From contig LVLI01000173.1 in the NCBI GenBank assembly GCA_001687465.1, positions 1 to 64,000 on the forward strand: a DNA stretch of 64,000 nt, in the 5' to 3' direction. The notes beneath the pieces were generated by a model, which had not been told where the DNA came from, did no database searches, and saw nothing but the letters and a program-made list of their open reading frames with translations. The translations under genes and the position numbers were made by a program. Below, piece by piece: positions 12,889-26,689 of this stretch. Every line of letters starts with the position of its first letter. Within the stretch, counting starts at the first letter, position 1. Source of the stretch: Halocafeteria seosinensis. Its lineage: Eukaryota.

Positions 12889-13384
12889 TTTTAAAGGCTC
12901 CGTCATCTATAGGCCCCTACTATGAGTATGGAAGTGAGCTTACTACTACGAGTTGGTCGGAACTCCATGCAAATTGTGTCACACACGTTCCATGGTTTGA
13001 GAAGTCTGCCGACCAGACTGTTTGTTCTACAGTATTTGAATACACTTCTGCCAAGCAAATGTGATACTGCTTGTCTCACGATACTTTAGAATAGGGACGA
13101 AATGTGTATTCTAGGGACAAGTACCGTGCGATAAGTTATCCCCGCCGCTAACGCTTTTAGTACAGCTTCAACATCGCCTTCCAATGCTCATTCAAAATTG
13201 AAGATTTCCATGAGTTATTACTAATAACGTCAGAAACATTGTGTTGGACTCCTTTTTGCTGGCGCTAGTGGCTTCTTATTCCGGTTGAAATACCTATCCC
13301 TCTGCCTTTGCCTGAAGTCCTCGCTCTTCAAGAGCCATGGCATGATACAAGAAAAGTGCCTATTAATGTCAATATTGCAATACA

Positions 13385-15254
13385 ATGTCTCAGTATCTCG
13401 TATCACGAGTAGTTTGGGGAGTTGCATTTATGGCCCTTTGCATGCTGCCCGAGTCTAGTGCAGGTAAGACTAGCTGCGTATTCGTCCAGGACACAATGCG
13501 CTGTACTCGCTCTGTCATGCTTTCCGGTCAGATTTCATTTATTTTGATTTCAACGACACAACTGGGCTAGTATTTAACGGGGATTCAGCCACGACTTCGT
13601 GTGGAAAAGGGCAGGTAAGAAAGGAAACTAAAATTGTCAACGAATACGGACCACAAAGTGTATAACGAGTGACCTGGTCTGCAGTTCTTATACCAACCGC
13701 GCCATGGGACAGCCGATGGCACAGGTTCTTTTCCAGGGATCATAGTAAGTTGTCGGAGTGAAAAGGTCTGCTTACTATAGTTAACTACTTGCGTCAATGT
13801 TTTGGCGTTCCGGCAGACTGACCTAGGATCTACCGTGATCACTGATGAGATGAAAACCATTGAGAGCGATGAGTTTGCGGAGAAGATAGGAAGTAAGTGC
13901 GAAGATAGCTATCCGATGACGGGCTCCTTGAAGTATCTCCATGGTTGCACCAGATGAATTGTCTGCCATCGGACATAGAGAATTGAAGAACCGGTCACCG
14001 GATCCGCGAGGATGTGCTATAAGACTCAGGTAAGGAATTCATTCTTCGTTGGGCTACGCTGAGTTGTTGCAGAACTATCTTCAATCCACGGTATCCAGGT
14101 TGACAGCATCTAAACCCAACCAAATAGGAAGTGTGTGGAGGGCCATTCGGGACCCAGTGTTAAGTGGTTTCGAAACAGGGTTCACGTTTCAGATCTCAGA
14201 TCACAGCCGGAACTGCCGGACTGTGAGAGATCCCAGTTTCCTGGAGCTGTACAAGTCATGCAGTGTACACGGTGGAGATGGCTTTGCTTTCGTGATTCAA
14301 AATGATAGGAACAGAACGAAAACAATGGGACGAAGCAAAGGAAGTGACATGGGTTATGGTGGAATCCGAAACTCGATAGCCATTGAATTTGATACGTGGT
14401 TTAATCACGACACTGGAGACATGTGGCAGGATCATGTTTCTGTTCAAGTCAGCGGCCCGCCACATTTTTCACGCCCAGTGGTCGATCATGTAGACGGGAT
14501 GCCGATAGAGGAACCAGTGACCACAAAGTTTATGGAACATCCAGAGTTGACACCGGACGCTACCACAAAAGTGGGGTCAGCAAAGAATACGTCCATTGGG
14601 GATGGGAAAATCCATCTATCGAAAATTCGGGTAAGGATTTAGATATTGAATTATATGTCGTTCGGCGTTCTATTATCACCGCTCTGTTCCCCGCAGTATT
14701 ATCCATACATAAAGTACGACCTACTGGAGCATTTCACGGCGGCTGAGCCGCTTGCCCCCTTCATTAAAGACAATGGTGAGGGTAGACGCGTAGGTAAGCG
14801 ATAAGAAAATACGGAACCATTGGATATCAATTCCGTATCAGTTGGATATCCTTCCAGGTACTCTCGTCGTCTTCGTCGATGACATGAAAAAACCACTTCT
14901 GGCTATACCAATAAATTTGTCGGTGGCAATGCAGCTTAGAAAAGGGACTGCATTCATAGTAAGTCAACATATCCTATGCGGTTCTGAACACCCTTTCAGT
15001 CTTTTGAGTCTCAAGTCTCTCAGGGGTTCACCTCGTCTACCGGGTCAGCGTGGGAGAGACATGACATCAACAGTTGGTATTTTTGCGAAGATGTAAGTTT
15101 GGCTCCTCACCCTCTCACTCCACAAGGTTCATTTAGTGAGCAATCTCTCAACCAGGCAACATGTGAACGAAAAGGTCTCAGCGACGAAGTACTGGCTCAA
15201 GAGTTCGACTACCGCGAAGACGGCTTTTTTACTCCTTTTTTGACGAAGCCGTGA
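13385..15254 (+). CDS. Secreted protein with a legume (L-type) lectin-like domain, multi-exon
   Basis: Signal-peptide-like start, then GFETGFTFQISD, HGGDGFAFVIQN, MGYGGIRNSIAIEFDTW and a terminal GFT...HDINSWYFCE motif. Confidence 0.8.
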
Positions 15255-15262
15255 GGAGATCG

Positions 15263-15988
15263 TCACATCGGCAAGTCGGCAGCACTAACATCTACTTTTG
15301 GCACTGAAGAGCCTCCCTCTGCCATTTTGGTATCTTTTGAGTTCGTGGACGCATACTTTCCTCCATGAGGCTGGATGCTCGCTTTGGCGGAATTATTCAC
15401 TGTTTGCATACTCTCCTTGCTTGTATCCGAGGGAGCCATGCCAGCCGCGGCATCAGCTTCACGTTGTGTAAAGGGTTTCTCATTTTCAATTCGCTTCACA
15501 CTGCGAACACAAAATATCGCTACGCACACTTACACAACCACTGTTGGAACGAGTGAGAGAATGAGTGCTTACGTTCTCTTGTGGTCCTTGCTCCGTTTGT
15601 GGTTCTCTAGCGCTTTTCCATTCATGAAGTACCGTGCACAATATGAGCATTCATATTGCCCGCCTCTGTAGCAGTAACCAATCCACAATCCCATCAATGA
15701 CAAATTTTGACTGCATGTCAATAGCGCCACACATACCCTGGTAAATCTTCGTCGAAGGGGCGCAGTTGCTTACCCTCTTCTTTCTCCTTCATTACCGCTT
15801 CCTGTTCAAGAAAATGAAGTCAAGGTGTTCAATCATGTACAAGAATAGCATTGTCCACTATTTACAACACATCATACATGCACTTGGTCCATATCGGCGG
15901 TGCGCTTCCTGAGATTCATTACTGTCTTCTTGAAGTGTTTCTTCTTCGCCCGCGCACGGCGTTTTGGGCGCTTCGGTCCGTTACCCAT
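15263..15988 (-). CDS. ZNF593: Zinc finger protein 593 / Bud20 (60S export factor), multi-exon
   Basis: Basic N-terminus ...KRTADMDQ, then FDEDLPG|GGQYECSYCARYF...HKRSKDHKR and KPFTQREADAAAG. Confidence 0.88.
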
Positions 15989-16307
15989 GATTACTTTTAT
16001 TGTATCTGTGTCCTAATAATGGGGCAATAACTGCACAATGCAAGTGGATAGACATAGATGTGACACGCTACAAGTTGAAGTTTTGAAGCAACGAAAACAT
16101 TGTCGCGTCCGTTGTTTCTCTACTATGGCTTTAAAGGAAGCATATCCTGCGTCATTGCACGCTGTAAAATGGCGGTGAAGGACTCGATATTCATCAGCTG
16201 ACACCGCAAAAGATAGAGGAAGGAGGGGATCGATTCGTTTGTCTCAGTTGTAGCCTCCAAAGTAGTGGATCGCGCGAGGCTAAATACGGTTGGAATTGGA
16301 ACCCACC

Positions 16308-18069
16308 ATGTCATTGTACCGCTCCAAGATGGGTCCTACGGCCTCTACGGCGGATTTGGAAGCTCGATTGCAGGCCGCCACGTCGGCGACCTCGGAAAGC
16401 TTGACGTCGGTAGCGTCCCAAATTGATTCGCTGCGACGAGGATACTCCACTCTGTCGCAAGTCTTTGTGGAAGAAATTGATGCTGTGCGTTCGGAATGTT
16501 CCGCTTTGCGAGCGCAGCTATCCGGTCGAGCCAAGGAAATTGACGCGCTCAATGAGTCGTTCTCGAATTCCACGGAGAAGCAAGAGAATCTCTCCCATGA
16601 AGTGTCCCAGCAGAGACGGTATCTCAAAAAGTTAAAGCATTACTCGGAAAAAAACGGACAGGAGATTGAGAACAACATACAGCCAAATGTCACTGATTTA
16701 AACTCTCGCTTGGAAATGCTAGAGAAGGATCAACGCGAATTATGGCGGACAGTCAATCAACACGCAGCTACCCTTGATTCTGTACAGTCCGAGCTATACC
16801 AAACTCGAAGCGAGATGCGTCAAATTGAAGCTCGATTCACCAGTACTCAACAGACTCATTCAAAGGAAATCCAGAGAGTGGCAGACCACGCCAATGATCT
16901 AGATTCTGGGTTCCAAATGTTCTGGAAAAAGTTCGAAGAGTCGCAAGATCGTGTAGGGTCCATTGCGCAGGATGTCTCATCGGTGGCTAAAGAATCTACC
17001 TCTAACTTCCAGCGGGTAGAAACGGAGGTATCGAAAGTGAGTCTGGGATTAACACGTTAGAAAGTTTATATTGACATAAGAAAAGGCTTCTTTTCCGTGT
17101 ATATTGCTGCAGCTGCGCTCTAGGACGGAGGATCTCGAAGCAGACTTTTGGCAAAGCTACAAGAGATTGCATGAGGACATAAACAAAGTGATGTCAGAGG
17201 TACAGCAGCAAGTACACGACCAAATTAAATGGTTGATGGATAGCGTGAATAAGCTTCGCCAAGAACATGACACTCTTAGTGGAGACGTGAGGAAAGGGTT
17301 CAACAATACTGAGTCATACTATGCGAAGATGAATACAGCAACCAATTCACAAAAGACTGCAATTGAAAATAGGGTGTTGCGGTTGGAGCGCAACTCGTCT
17401 TCTCAACTGATGGACCTCAGATACCAATTGGCTGCTGTAGCGCGAGCTGTAGAAAATTTTTCGGCATTAATGAAAACTCCGGTGTCTCCAACTGTGAAAA
17501 AAGCCAGTTCAACATCTTATTTTGACAGTCGGTCTTCAGCTACTTTGGGACCTGAAGATGATGACCAAACGAAACGATCGTATTCCTATGCATGGGAGGG
17601 CAATCATATCAGTGATAGTGGTAACGATCGGCAGAGTCCCACTAGCCGTGTGCCCCCTGATGGGTATCAACAGACCTACCAGACGATTGCACCTCGCCAG
17701 CTTTCTCCGCAAGAGTATAAGCCTTTCAGTACTCAAACAGAAGAGCAGAATGTATCGACGAATGTCTCGAAATCAGCACATGGCTCGGCAGATCATCGCT
17801 ACTCTGCGGCAACCGCCTCAACGATGCATTCACACCCAGCTGAAAACGGCGTTGACGTTAGGCGACGTGGAAAGGACGTACCGACAACCATAAAGTACTT
17901 CAACTCTAGTGATACGAATGCAAGACGACCACAACCCATTTCCAACGTACCTGAAATCCACAAAGGCGCAAATGGAGCACATTCCTCAGTGTTTGACACG
18001 AAGTCGTCTGCCCAAGGACTAACTGGTGACGAAGGAAAGAGGGACACTATAGACAGCTTATACCCTTAG
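16308..18069 (+). CDS. Coiled-coil protein of unknown function (gene A), intron 17037-17112
   Basis: Two ORFs joined by a 76-nt GT-AG intron; heptad-rich N-terminal half and low-complexity tail. Confidence 0.75.
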
Positions 18070-18089
18070 AGTATCAGTGTGCTGAAATG

Positions 18090-18672
18090 AAAATGGTAAA
18101 AAGTCTTCTCGCGGGATCATCAAGAAACACGGCGTAGTCCGCGTTGCCCACGAAGTGCGTTTCCACGATGTTCGACGAAACTTGAACTACTTCATTTCAC
18201 GGGCATCGCTTCTCAAGCACGTCACTTTCGCCAGCTTCAGTGTGTCTTCCGTAACTTGTGTCGCCTGCGCTTGAGCTACTTCCAAGACCTTCGCACCACT
18301 TCTGGAGCTAACTGTACGTACCAATCTTCCTAGCTCATACTAACGTCATACGAAGTCCAAAATCTAGTGAATACCCAGTGGAACACTTGTTGTTGGAATC
18401 TGCACGTCATGACTTTGAACAGTATACATCGGTACAACCTAGCCGGTTCGCGCAGGGGTAGAAGCTGCAGAAGGCATGTGCTCATCTGCGGAGAGGTCTA
18501 AAAGGGGATGGAATTTGAGGCATATACGCAGCCGCACATACTTATCCTTAATTTTGGTTGGGCCTGAGTCCTTGCTCATCCGGTTCTTCGTTCTCGCGGC
18601 CGGCATGAACTTTCGGGTTGGGTGCTTCAGAAAGCATGCACTAATAGCAGGTTCAGCGTTTGCTTCCGCCAT
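18090..18672 (-). pseudogene. Deleted, decayed copy of gene B (21140-22394)
   Basis: MAEANAEPAISACFLKHP versus MVEANDKAAISACFLKHP; GYSLDFGLRMTL versus GYSLDPQGLCVTL; SGAKVLEV versus GGTKMLEI; contains stops. Confidence 0.75.
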
Positions 18673-18726
18673 ATTGGTGGTCACCTTGGTTTTGGTCCCT
18701 CCGGTCATAAATAGTACGATTGAGAT

Positions 18727-19574
18727 TGAGGAAATTGAGGACAACATACAACCAAATATGACTGATCTAAACTCTCGCGTTGAAATGCTAGAGAAGGATC
18801 AACACGAATTATGGCGGACAGTCAATCAGCACGCAGCTACCCATGATTCTGTCCAGTCCGAGCTATACCAAACTCGAAGCGAGATGCGCCAAATTGAAGC
18901 TCGATTCACCAGTACTCAACAGACTCATTCAAAGGAAATCCAGAAGGTAACAGGCCACGCCAGTGATCTCGATTCTGGGTTCCAAATGTTCTGGAAGAAG
19001 TTCGAAGAGTCGCAGATCGTGTAGGGTCCATTGCGCAGGACGTCTCATCGGTGGCTAAAGAATCTACCTCTAACTTCCAGCGGGTAGAAACGGAGGTATC
19101 GAAAGTAAGTCTGGGATTAACACCTTAGAAAGTTTACATTGACATAACAAAGGGCTTCTTTCGTGTATATTGTTACTGCAGGTGCGGTGTCCCCTAAAGG
19201 ATATCGACAGACGATTGCACCCCGCCAGGTTTTACCGGAAGAGTATAAGCCTTTTAGTACTCAAACAGAGGAGCAGAATGTATCGGCGAATGATTCGAAA
19301 TCAGTACATTGCTATCATCGCTACTCTGCGGCAACCGCCTCAACGATGCATCTACACCCAGCTGAAAACGGCGTTGACGTTAGGCGACGCGGAAACGACG
19401 TTTCCGGCAACAACAATTGAGTACGTCAGCTCTAGTAATACGAATGTAAGGCGACCACAACCCATTTCCAACGTGCCTGAAATTGACAAAGGCGCAAATG
19501 GAGCACATTCCTCAGTGTTTGACATGAAGTCTGTCCGAGGACTAATTGATGACAAGGGAAAAGGGACACTGTAG
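18727..19574 (+). pseudogene. Partial copy of gene A with frameshifts and an internal deletion, intron retained
   Basis: High nucleotide similarity to about 16660-17112 and 17645-18055. Confidence 0.88.
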
Positions 19575-19589
19575 ACATTAGATCATCAG

Positions 19590-20200
19590 TGTGCGCTGAA
19601 AATGAAAATGGTAAAAAAATTTCTGGCGGGTTCATCAAGAAACACGGTCTAGCCCGCGTTGCCACCAATCCAGCACCAGAAATGCGTTTCCCCGATGGTT
19701 CGACGAAACTTGAACCATTTCATGTCACGGGCTTCGTTGCTCAAGCAGGCAATTTGCTAGCTGCTGTGTGTCTTCCGTAACTTGTGTCGCCGGCACTTGG
19801 ACTACTTCCGAGACTTTCGCACCACTTCTGGAGTTAAGAAAACGTATCCTACCTTCCTAGCCCCTACTAACGTCATACGAAGTCCAAAATCTACACTCCC
19901 CATTTCGATCCGTCGTACTGAGAGTATCATTATCACACGGTTGTCAACCTCCTCCTGAAAGTTTGGCAAAGTATACGCTTTGAGGATGTTTGTTTATTGT
20001 TGGAATCTGCAGTCATGACTTTGAACAATATACATCGGTACAAACTAGCCGTTCGCTGTCTCCGCAGGGCTAGAAGTCAGCTGCGGAGAGGCCTCTACCC
20101 TCTTAATTGGAGTTAAGAGGGGATGGAAGTTGAGCTATATACGCAGCCGTACCCTAATTTTGGTTAGTGCCCATTCGGTTCTTCGTTCTCGCAGCGCTGG
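19590..20200 (-). pseudogene. Second decayed copy of gene B
   Basis: Collinear nucleotide similarity with 18075-18600. Confidence 0.7.
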
Positions 20201-20449
20201 CATGCGCACATCCTCGAAATTTGGAAGTGTGCTTCTCCAGTGCTACCCAGGCTGCACAGCTTAGCCAGCTGACATCGTTGTGACAGGTACAGCCCCACCT
20301 TCGTCATAGCTCAGGTAGCTGGATACCGAGCTGCTCGAGCCCTCCGGTGGTAGGACCTCCAATGCCACCTGAGCACAACCAGCGTGGGGTCCCAGAGCAC
20401 GTCAGCGAGGTTGGGAGGGTACAGCATGCCTGTCGCTGCTTAATGTCGC

Positions 20450-21125
20450 GCTTGGAGCGCAGCTCATCTTCTAAACTTATGGACCTCAGGTGCAGTACCA
20501 ATTGGCTGCTGTAGTGCGAACTGTAGAAACTCCTGCGGTATTCATGAAAACGCCGATATCACCAACTGTGAAAAAAGCATGCGCAACATCTTACTTTGCC
20601 AGCCGTTCTTCAGCGGCTTTGCTAGATGACGATCGAACAAAACGGACACATTCCTAGTAAGTTTATTTGGGTACGGGTTGTAGTGAGGGTTCCAGGGACG
20701 AACAGCGGAGTCCTACTAGCCAAGCCTTCACGGTAGAGAACCACCAGAGGATCGCCGCTCATCAGCTTTCGGAAGAGTACCAGTCTCTTCAGTAGTCAAT
20801 CTACACCGGTGAGTCGGGGATAACACATGGCCCGGTAGACAACCTCTATTTCGTCGCAACGGCCTCGACGATGCAACCTCCACTAACCGTGGTGACGCTA
20901 AGACGTGGGTACGAAGTACCGGAATCCATGGACCATTTCAGTTACCGCACCGGGAACGGGAGACGACCCCAGCGCTCCGCGAACATGCTTGAAATCCCCA
21001 GTGGTAAAAACAGAGCATATTTTCAGTGTTTGAGAAAAACGATTGGCATCGCGTTTTGCGAGAAGAGGGCTTCGGGGGCCGGGCGATGCCAGTGCACCAA
21101 CTACACTGTACTCTGAACAGTACCA
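20450..21125 (+). pseudogene. Older decayed copy of the 3' exon of gene A
   Basis: 20460-20620 aligns with 17392-17545 (TACCAATTGGCTGCTGTAG, CCAACTGTGAAAAAAGC), with weaker similarity continuing to the gene A end. Confidence 0.75.
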
Positions 21126-21139
21126 ATTGCTGATAGATC

Positions 21140-22394
21140 CTAGTCGGCAAACAGGCGCTTCCACCAGTTTTGTTCCTTGCTCTTGTGATTTCTTGTGGAA
21201 AGTCCGATCACATCAATGTTTCTTCCATCGGGATCTTTGACTGTACTTCGATTTGAAAGAATATCGCTCTCGCTAGCAGTGCTGAGTTCACTCGCTGCGT
21301 TTCCGTTGCCTTCCCGAATTCGTTCCTGCGCTTCCAAAGCTTCATTGATTTCCTCTTGTACTTGCAAAATTTCCAACATTTTTGTGCCACCAGTGCGATC
21401 AACATTTGCATTTATTCTGTCTTCTTGTAAAGGATATAATGCTCCCAGCAACGTCACGCATAGTCCTTGTGGATCCAACGAGTAACCCAATTGGATACTG
21501 CGAAGCACTCCATCTCGTTTCGTTGCAACATCAGTATTGTCACGTTTCCCTTCCTCAAAGTTCCCTGTGAAGCTTGCAAATGCATTCGCTCTTAGGTCGT
21601 TCCTTTTGGGAATCTGGACACTCCGCAGTTGCAATACTGTCTTTATGCATAACAACACGCGATCAATCACGTACCTCATTCGCACTGCTATGTTCTACTA
21701 CGTGCCATGCTTGCCTATCTCCAATTCTGTCCTCTCCACTTAGGAGCGTTCTCATTTTCAGGACTCCGGAAAACAATTCTGCAAATACGATGGTTTGGTG
21801 TAAGTCAGCGACAAACGTCCAAGTCCCACCAGGACACGGAATGTTGAACCTACCAATGCTGTCCCTCAGTGATTTGGTGCAATACCTGATTTCTACAATT
21901 TGAGGTTTATCTGTGCACTGGATAACATGGTACAAATAATCGCATGAATCAGCTACGATGGCATCAATGTCTCCAGTGCTCAACTTCTCAGCTTTCGGTG
22001 CCGGCAACGATTTAATATTCCCGAGCGAAGGATTCTCTTTCAGCCGCTCAAGGATGAGTGAGAGATCTGGTACTCCAATGGAAAGGTGTACCATGTCATC
22101 TTGCACGGAGTGGTTTGTATCTGCCTCAAGCAGACATAGCGAGAACTGAACACTAGGTTGCCGTCGAAGGATACTTGCTTCGTCTTCGTACACGAATGCT
22201 CCAGAAGGTAGCGATCTATGGTTCGGGGAAACAATCACTTTGGAAACATTCCTGTGTCGCCATCGCTCCTTTATCGCATCTGGACGCTGCTCTTTGAGCC
22301 CTAGACAGTCTTGGAAAAAGTGTGAAGCCACTTCTGGGTTGGGGTGCTTCAGAAAGCATGCACTGATAGCAGCCTTATCATTCGCTTCGACCAT
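21140..22394 (-). CDS. Divergent glyoxalase/VOC-fold-like protein (gene B), intron 21614-21674
   Basis: An in-frame 61-nt intron joins two ORFs. HFFQDCLGL, VHLSIGVPDLSLILERL and ADSCDYLYHVIQ resemble glyoxalase repeats; the family call is tentative. Confidence 0.55.
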
Positions 22395-22898
22395 ATTGGT
22401 GGCTCTGAAACAGAGGGTTCAGACGTGTGAAACCGTATGTCGGGCGGTGGGGGTTGACATCATAATTCTAACCAACTTACAACCACACTGTGCGACATTG
22501 GGAGATGCTTGAGGCTGATATTCGTCGGATCCAATACATTGTACGAACTAGATCTGTGGGAACCTTTTCTCTTTCTTTGTACCAACCATCCCATCAACAT
22601 CATCAGTAGTTCACACCTACAACAGCCGTGTGGTAAGCCAGGATTTCCTCGTGAACTTCACGTGAAGGTCGTTTGACATAGGGTGTGTAGTACACTGTGT
22701 ACATGTGGGTAAACTTTGTATGCTTGCATTGGCTTTATGCTTTCAAGTAATCAGATTGACAATATATCCCAATGAGTCAACGAACGAAATACTCGCTTAG
22801 AGTAGCTGGAACACAGAGGATCAGTGGAAGCTCATTCGTATTCTTGTCATATTGGGTGTTGTTTGATGCGGAGACAACTTGAGACAGGAGTATTAGCA

Positions 22899-25638
22899 CT
22901 ACGCGTTCTCTACATGCACGGCACTGCCATGGGATTCAGGAGATTGTGTGCTCTTCTTTTCAGTGCCGTCAAGCGGAAAGTTACCACCGTAGGCACTATT
23001 GATACTGGGCGAGAGTCTTGATTGATGAGACTTGCTTTCCAATAGAAAGCGGTTAAATGTGTCCGAAAAATGGTGGTATCCTGCGCCCCCATCTTCTAGT
23101 CGACCTTTTGAGGCACGAAAGTTAATCTGCCCAATGTTGAATGGGATGTCCTCGTAGGACCCTTCGAAGCCAGCCTGAAGATCAATTGTAGCGGTAGAAG
23201 GACTGAAGAAACAGAAAAAAATCTTGGACAGACACCAGTAAAGCGGGCTGCCACAGCAATCGGAGAATACCATCATGTCACCACGCAGTCTCAAAGCTTC
23301 CATTTGAGCCAGCGGTGCCCACAAGAACATTCTCTCTCTAGAACGGAAAGGCCAACTCGAACACCCGTTAGAGATTTTCTGGATTGACAAAATTCTGTGT
23401 GTGGTAAGGATTAAAGTCTGATCTCGCCGCCGAGGACGCCAAGCGCACGTGGCCAATTTGACGATCTGCTGCACAAAATAAGGGTCACCCATGGAAACGA
23501 GCGCCAGCATGGGGAACAGACGCAAAAAGGTATTTGTGTTGTAAAGTTGCTGTGATTCGGTAATAGAGCAAATTTGTTCATCATCCCACAACTCCATTTC
23601 AGATTGAATGTCCTTGAGCTTCTCTGAACTCACAGGCAGGGCGCTTTCATTTGGTGCCTCGAGCATCTTCTGTGTCTTCGAAGCTCTTTCGAGGCAGGTT
23701 ATAAAGTGGTAGAATGATTGTTGATGGCGTTCAGGAATAAGTGCTGTCCACGGCCATAAACCGGACATCACCGGTTCAAATCTGAGTGCCCCAAAGGAAG
23801 TTTCGATGTCCATAGAATAACCGTAGTCTCCGGTCGGATCCCTGATCAACAGTCCACTACCCACGTCTCCGAAGTAGTACATCGTCATTGACAGTTCATA
23901 GGTATGACCGCTCCCATTGAATTCGGAAACGCTAATGCCACGCTGAGAGGTCAATATCAACGCATTTTGTGTGACGAATCGTTTTTTACAACTGGCTGTA
24001 GGAACGAATAAGCATTCTCGCCAGCTCATGCGCGGTTGAATTGGCAACGCATTAATCAGCATCTCATGTGAAGCTAACGGAATCTTCCAGTTACTGATCT
24101 GCACTCTTTCATCTTCTTTCTTTGGTATGAGAGGAGTTTCTAAAGCTTCTTGCAAGCTAGAACTCTCCAACACTCTGAAGTTCTCAGCAAATGGTTCTGA
24201 TGTTGCGAGGGCGGCAGGATCTGCTTTGCTCTCTGCAATACCTTGGGCAAGCATAATTAGTTCGCTCCAGGCTTCACCGGATTCTTTGTGATAAGCGTCT
24301 ACCCAATCATCATTTCTGGATGATACGATGTCGATGGAGAGGTTCCCTTGTGCCGGTACCAGACCGGGATCCGGCTTTGCTTCGTACGCAACCCCAGCGG
24401 ATATCAGGTGCACAGTGAACCTCAACAACTCGAACGCCGTCTTCAGTGCGCTCTCGATATTATCCTCAATAGAATAAAACGTGAGCTTCCCCGTCAAGTA
24501 TAAAAACTTCAAACAATTTCCTGCCCGCTGAATAGCTTTTTCTTCGCTCAAGGCCTTATCGAGAAATCCAGAGCGATCCCACTCCGGCGTATCCTTGCCT
24601 TGCAAAGCACCAGATTCCGTTATCGCTGAAAGTAGCATGGTACAACGTCGGTACTCTTATCGTGTTCAAATGCTAAATGGCTTTGACCTACCATACGAAT
24701 CTTTGAGGGGCGGGCTGGGATATTTAGACCCGAAATACACTCGGAGAATCGCCAATGAAACGAAGCCACAGCAGTCACCTATCGGGAATCGCCTTGTAGC
24801 TTGGAGCATGAGCTGTAGCGGACACAAGCGTTGACATAGGACTGGGATGTTAACCATCGGCGACAACCTACTTGCATGGAGTTCACGTCATCTACGTGGA
24901 TCCAATCCACAGTTGTCCCACTACTGTAGCTGGCTAGCCCTTTTTCACCTTGTCTTTCTCCATCGATGTGGGATTTCCAGTATACTAAACGTCCCTGCGT
25001 GGGGTCAACGCTAATTTTCTATGACGGTAGCTGCTGTAAGGTGAACTCACTCTATCGGTCAACGCTGCCCGTGTTCTCATATTTCCAATGGCCAAAGTCC
25101 TACAGCAGTTACAGCAGTAAACATAACACAAAAACCTGCAATCCGTGGAAGTTGTAAATGAAACCTTCGGGTTCATTTCAAACTTTCGACCGAAACGTAC
25201 AGGCCGAGAGTCATAATAGAAAACAAGGCCAGTTTCCATGTCGGAATTCCTTCATCAGACTCATACACACGAAACTCGCGGACGATCTTTTCATCTGCAG
25301 TAACAAAGTCCAATTTCAGTAGCTAAAGAGAATCAATCGGCTCCGGTAAGGCGGGGAAGACAAACCTGGTGTCAATTCGAGGCTGAGTAAATCCGGACGG
25401 TTTTCATCAGAAAGCTGTGCCACAGAAGAGGTAGATAATGGATGCAGCAGCACCAAGTATCACCGATAACCAAGCAAACAAGCAGGCAGCAAGCTTCAGC
25501 CCACGGCAACGTTCGCAGTTGGCTCCGTGATGCTGTGCAAGAGAAGAGAATCGTTGGTCGTCTCACCTGGCCCTCAATGTCAACATAGACACGCCCTGCT
25601 TTTTTATCCAAGTGACGGTTTTTGACTGCCTCGGTCAT
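22899..25638 (-). CDS. Multi-exon hypothetical protein with hydrophobic, Cys-rich segments
   Basis: 579-codon terminal ORF plus upstream exon-like segments with GT-AG boundaries. Repeated LILT-x-x-R motif. The start codon is uncertain. Confidence 0.6.
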
Positions 25639-25934
25639 GACTACACCAAATCAGGACTTTGTTGTTGTCCAATAATATTTGTAACCGTTAGTCTTTATCT
25701 ATCGTTAGTCCAACGGCTTCGTTTCGCTACCAATTCAGCAGCTTACTTGTCGAGCCTCAACACCAACGTTCCAAGAAATGCTCCACATGTGGATTTGCTT
25801 TGGTTGGGGCAGTATCTTTCTCCGCAACAGTTCCGCGGTTGCGTTGGGCTCCGGCACCATCAGGGTCGATGACCGCCGATCTGGCCCGGCAGATCATTAA
25901 TCCGCCGGGCCTGGCTACACGGGACACTGGAAGT

Positions 25935-26369
25935 GTTCTGCGGTTGGTACCTGAACCCCGTGAAGCATCATTCCCGCCGCGAACTCCACAGCCTCAGGTC
26001 CGGGTCTGAGTATTCAGCGATGACCGGACAGGGACGTTGGAGAAATTTCATCCCATGGTTTCGGTGCTGTGCGGACTTGCTGAATAAGGCGCCGGGATAT
26101 GAGTTTACTCTTGTTAAATTCATCGGAAGGATACAGCGCTTAGATTGGAGCAGATCCCATTAAATGAACCTATAATGCCATGTTGGTGTTACATATTCTT
26201 CTTTACAGTTGAACGGTTGGAGGGTACCGGCGCTGATCTATCCCGGGTCCAGTCCAAGATCGCGGAATCCCCGCCAGAGCGGAACTCAAATTGTCTACAA
26301 CCAGTCACGAATTGTTCTGCGGTTGGTANCTGAATNCCGTGAAGCATCATTCCCGCCGCGAACTCCACA
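25935..26369. repeat. Direct repeat of about 55 bp (25935-25990 and 26313-26369)
   Basis: GTTCTGCGGTTGGTACCTGAACCCCGTGAAGCATCATTCCCGCCGCGAACTCCACA occurs twice; the second copy contains the two N bases. Confidence 0.9.
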
Positions 26370-26689
26370 AGTCAGGATCCCTCCCCAGCCTTGGTTTGTG
26401 CGGGCACGCCACCTACACCGAGCCCGTCGCAGCTCCACCCTGTGGAGAGAAGGCTCATGTCTCGAGTACGCATACACTGCTGTGTCACCCTACTCCAGCT
26501 ACTCAGCGGCAGCAGTAATGACCAAATTAAACTTGCTCAATGATTGAATGAGCATTTACTCTTGGTGAAGTCTTTGTGGGACGGTTCTCCCTTGATTTCT
26601 CCATCTATACACATCTTGAATTGAAAAATTGTACATTGTATTGTATCACCATGTAGAGGCTACGCCTCTGACCGTGGGGGCAAGGAACA

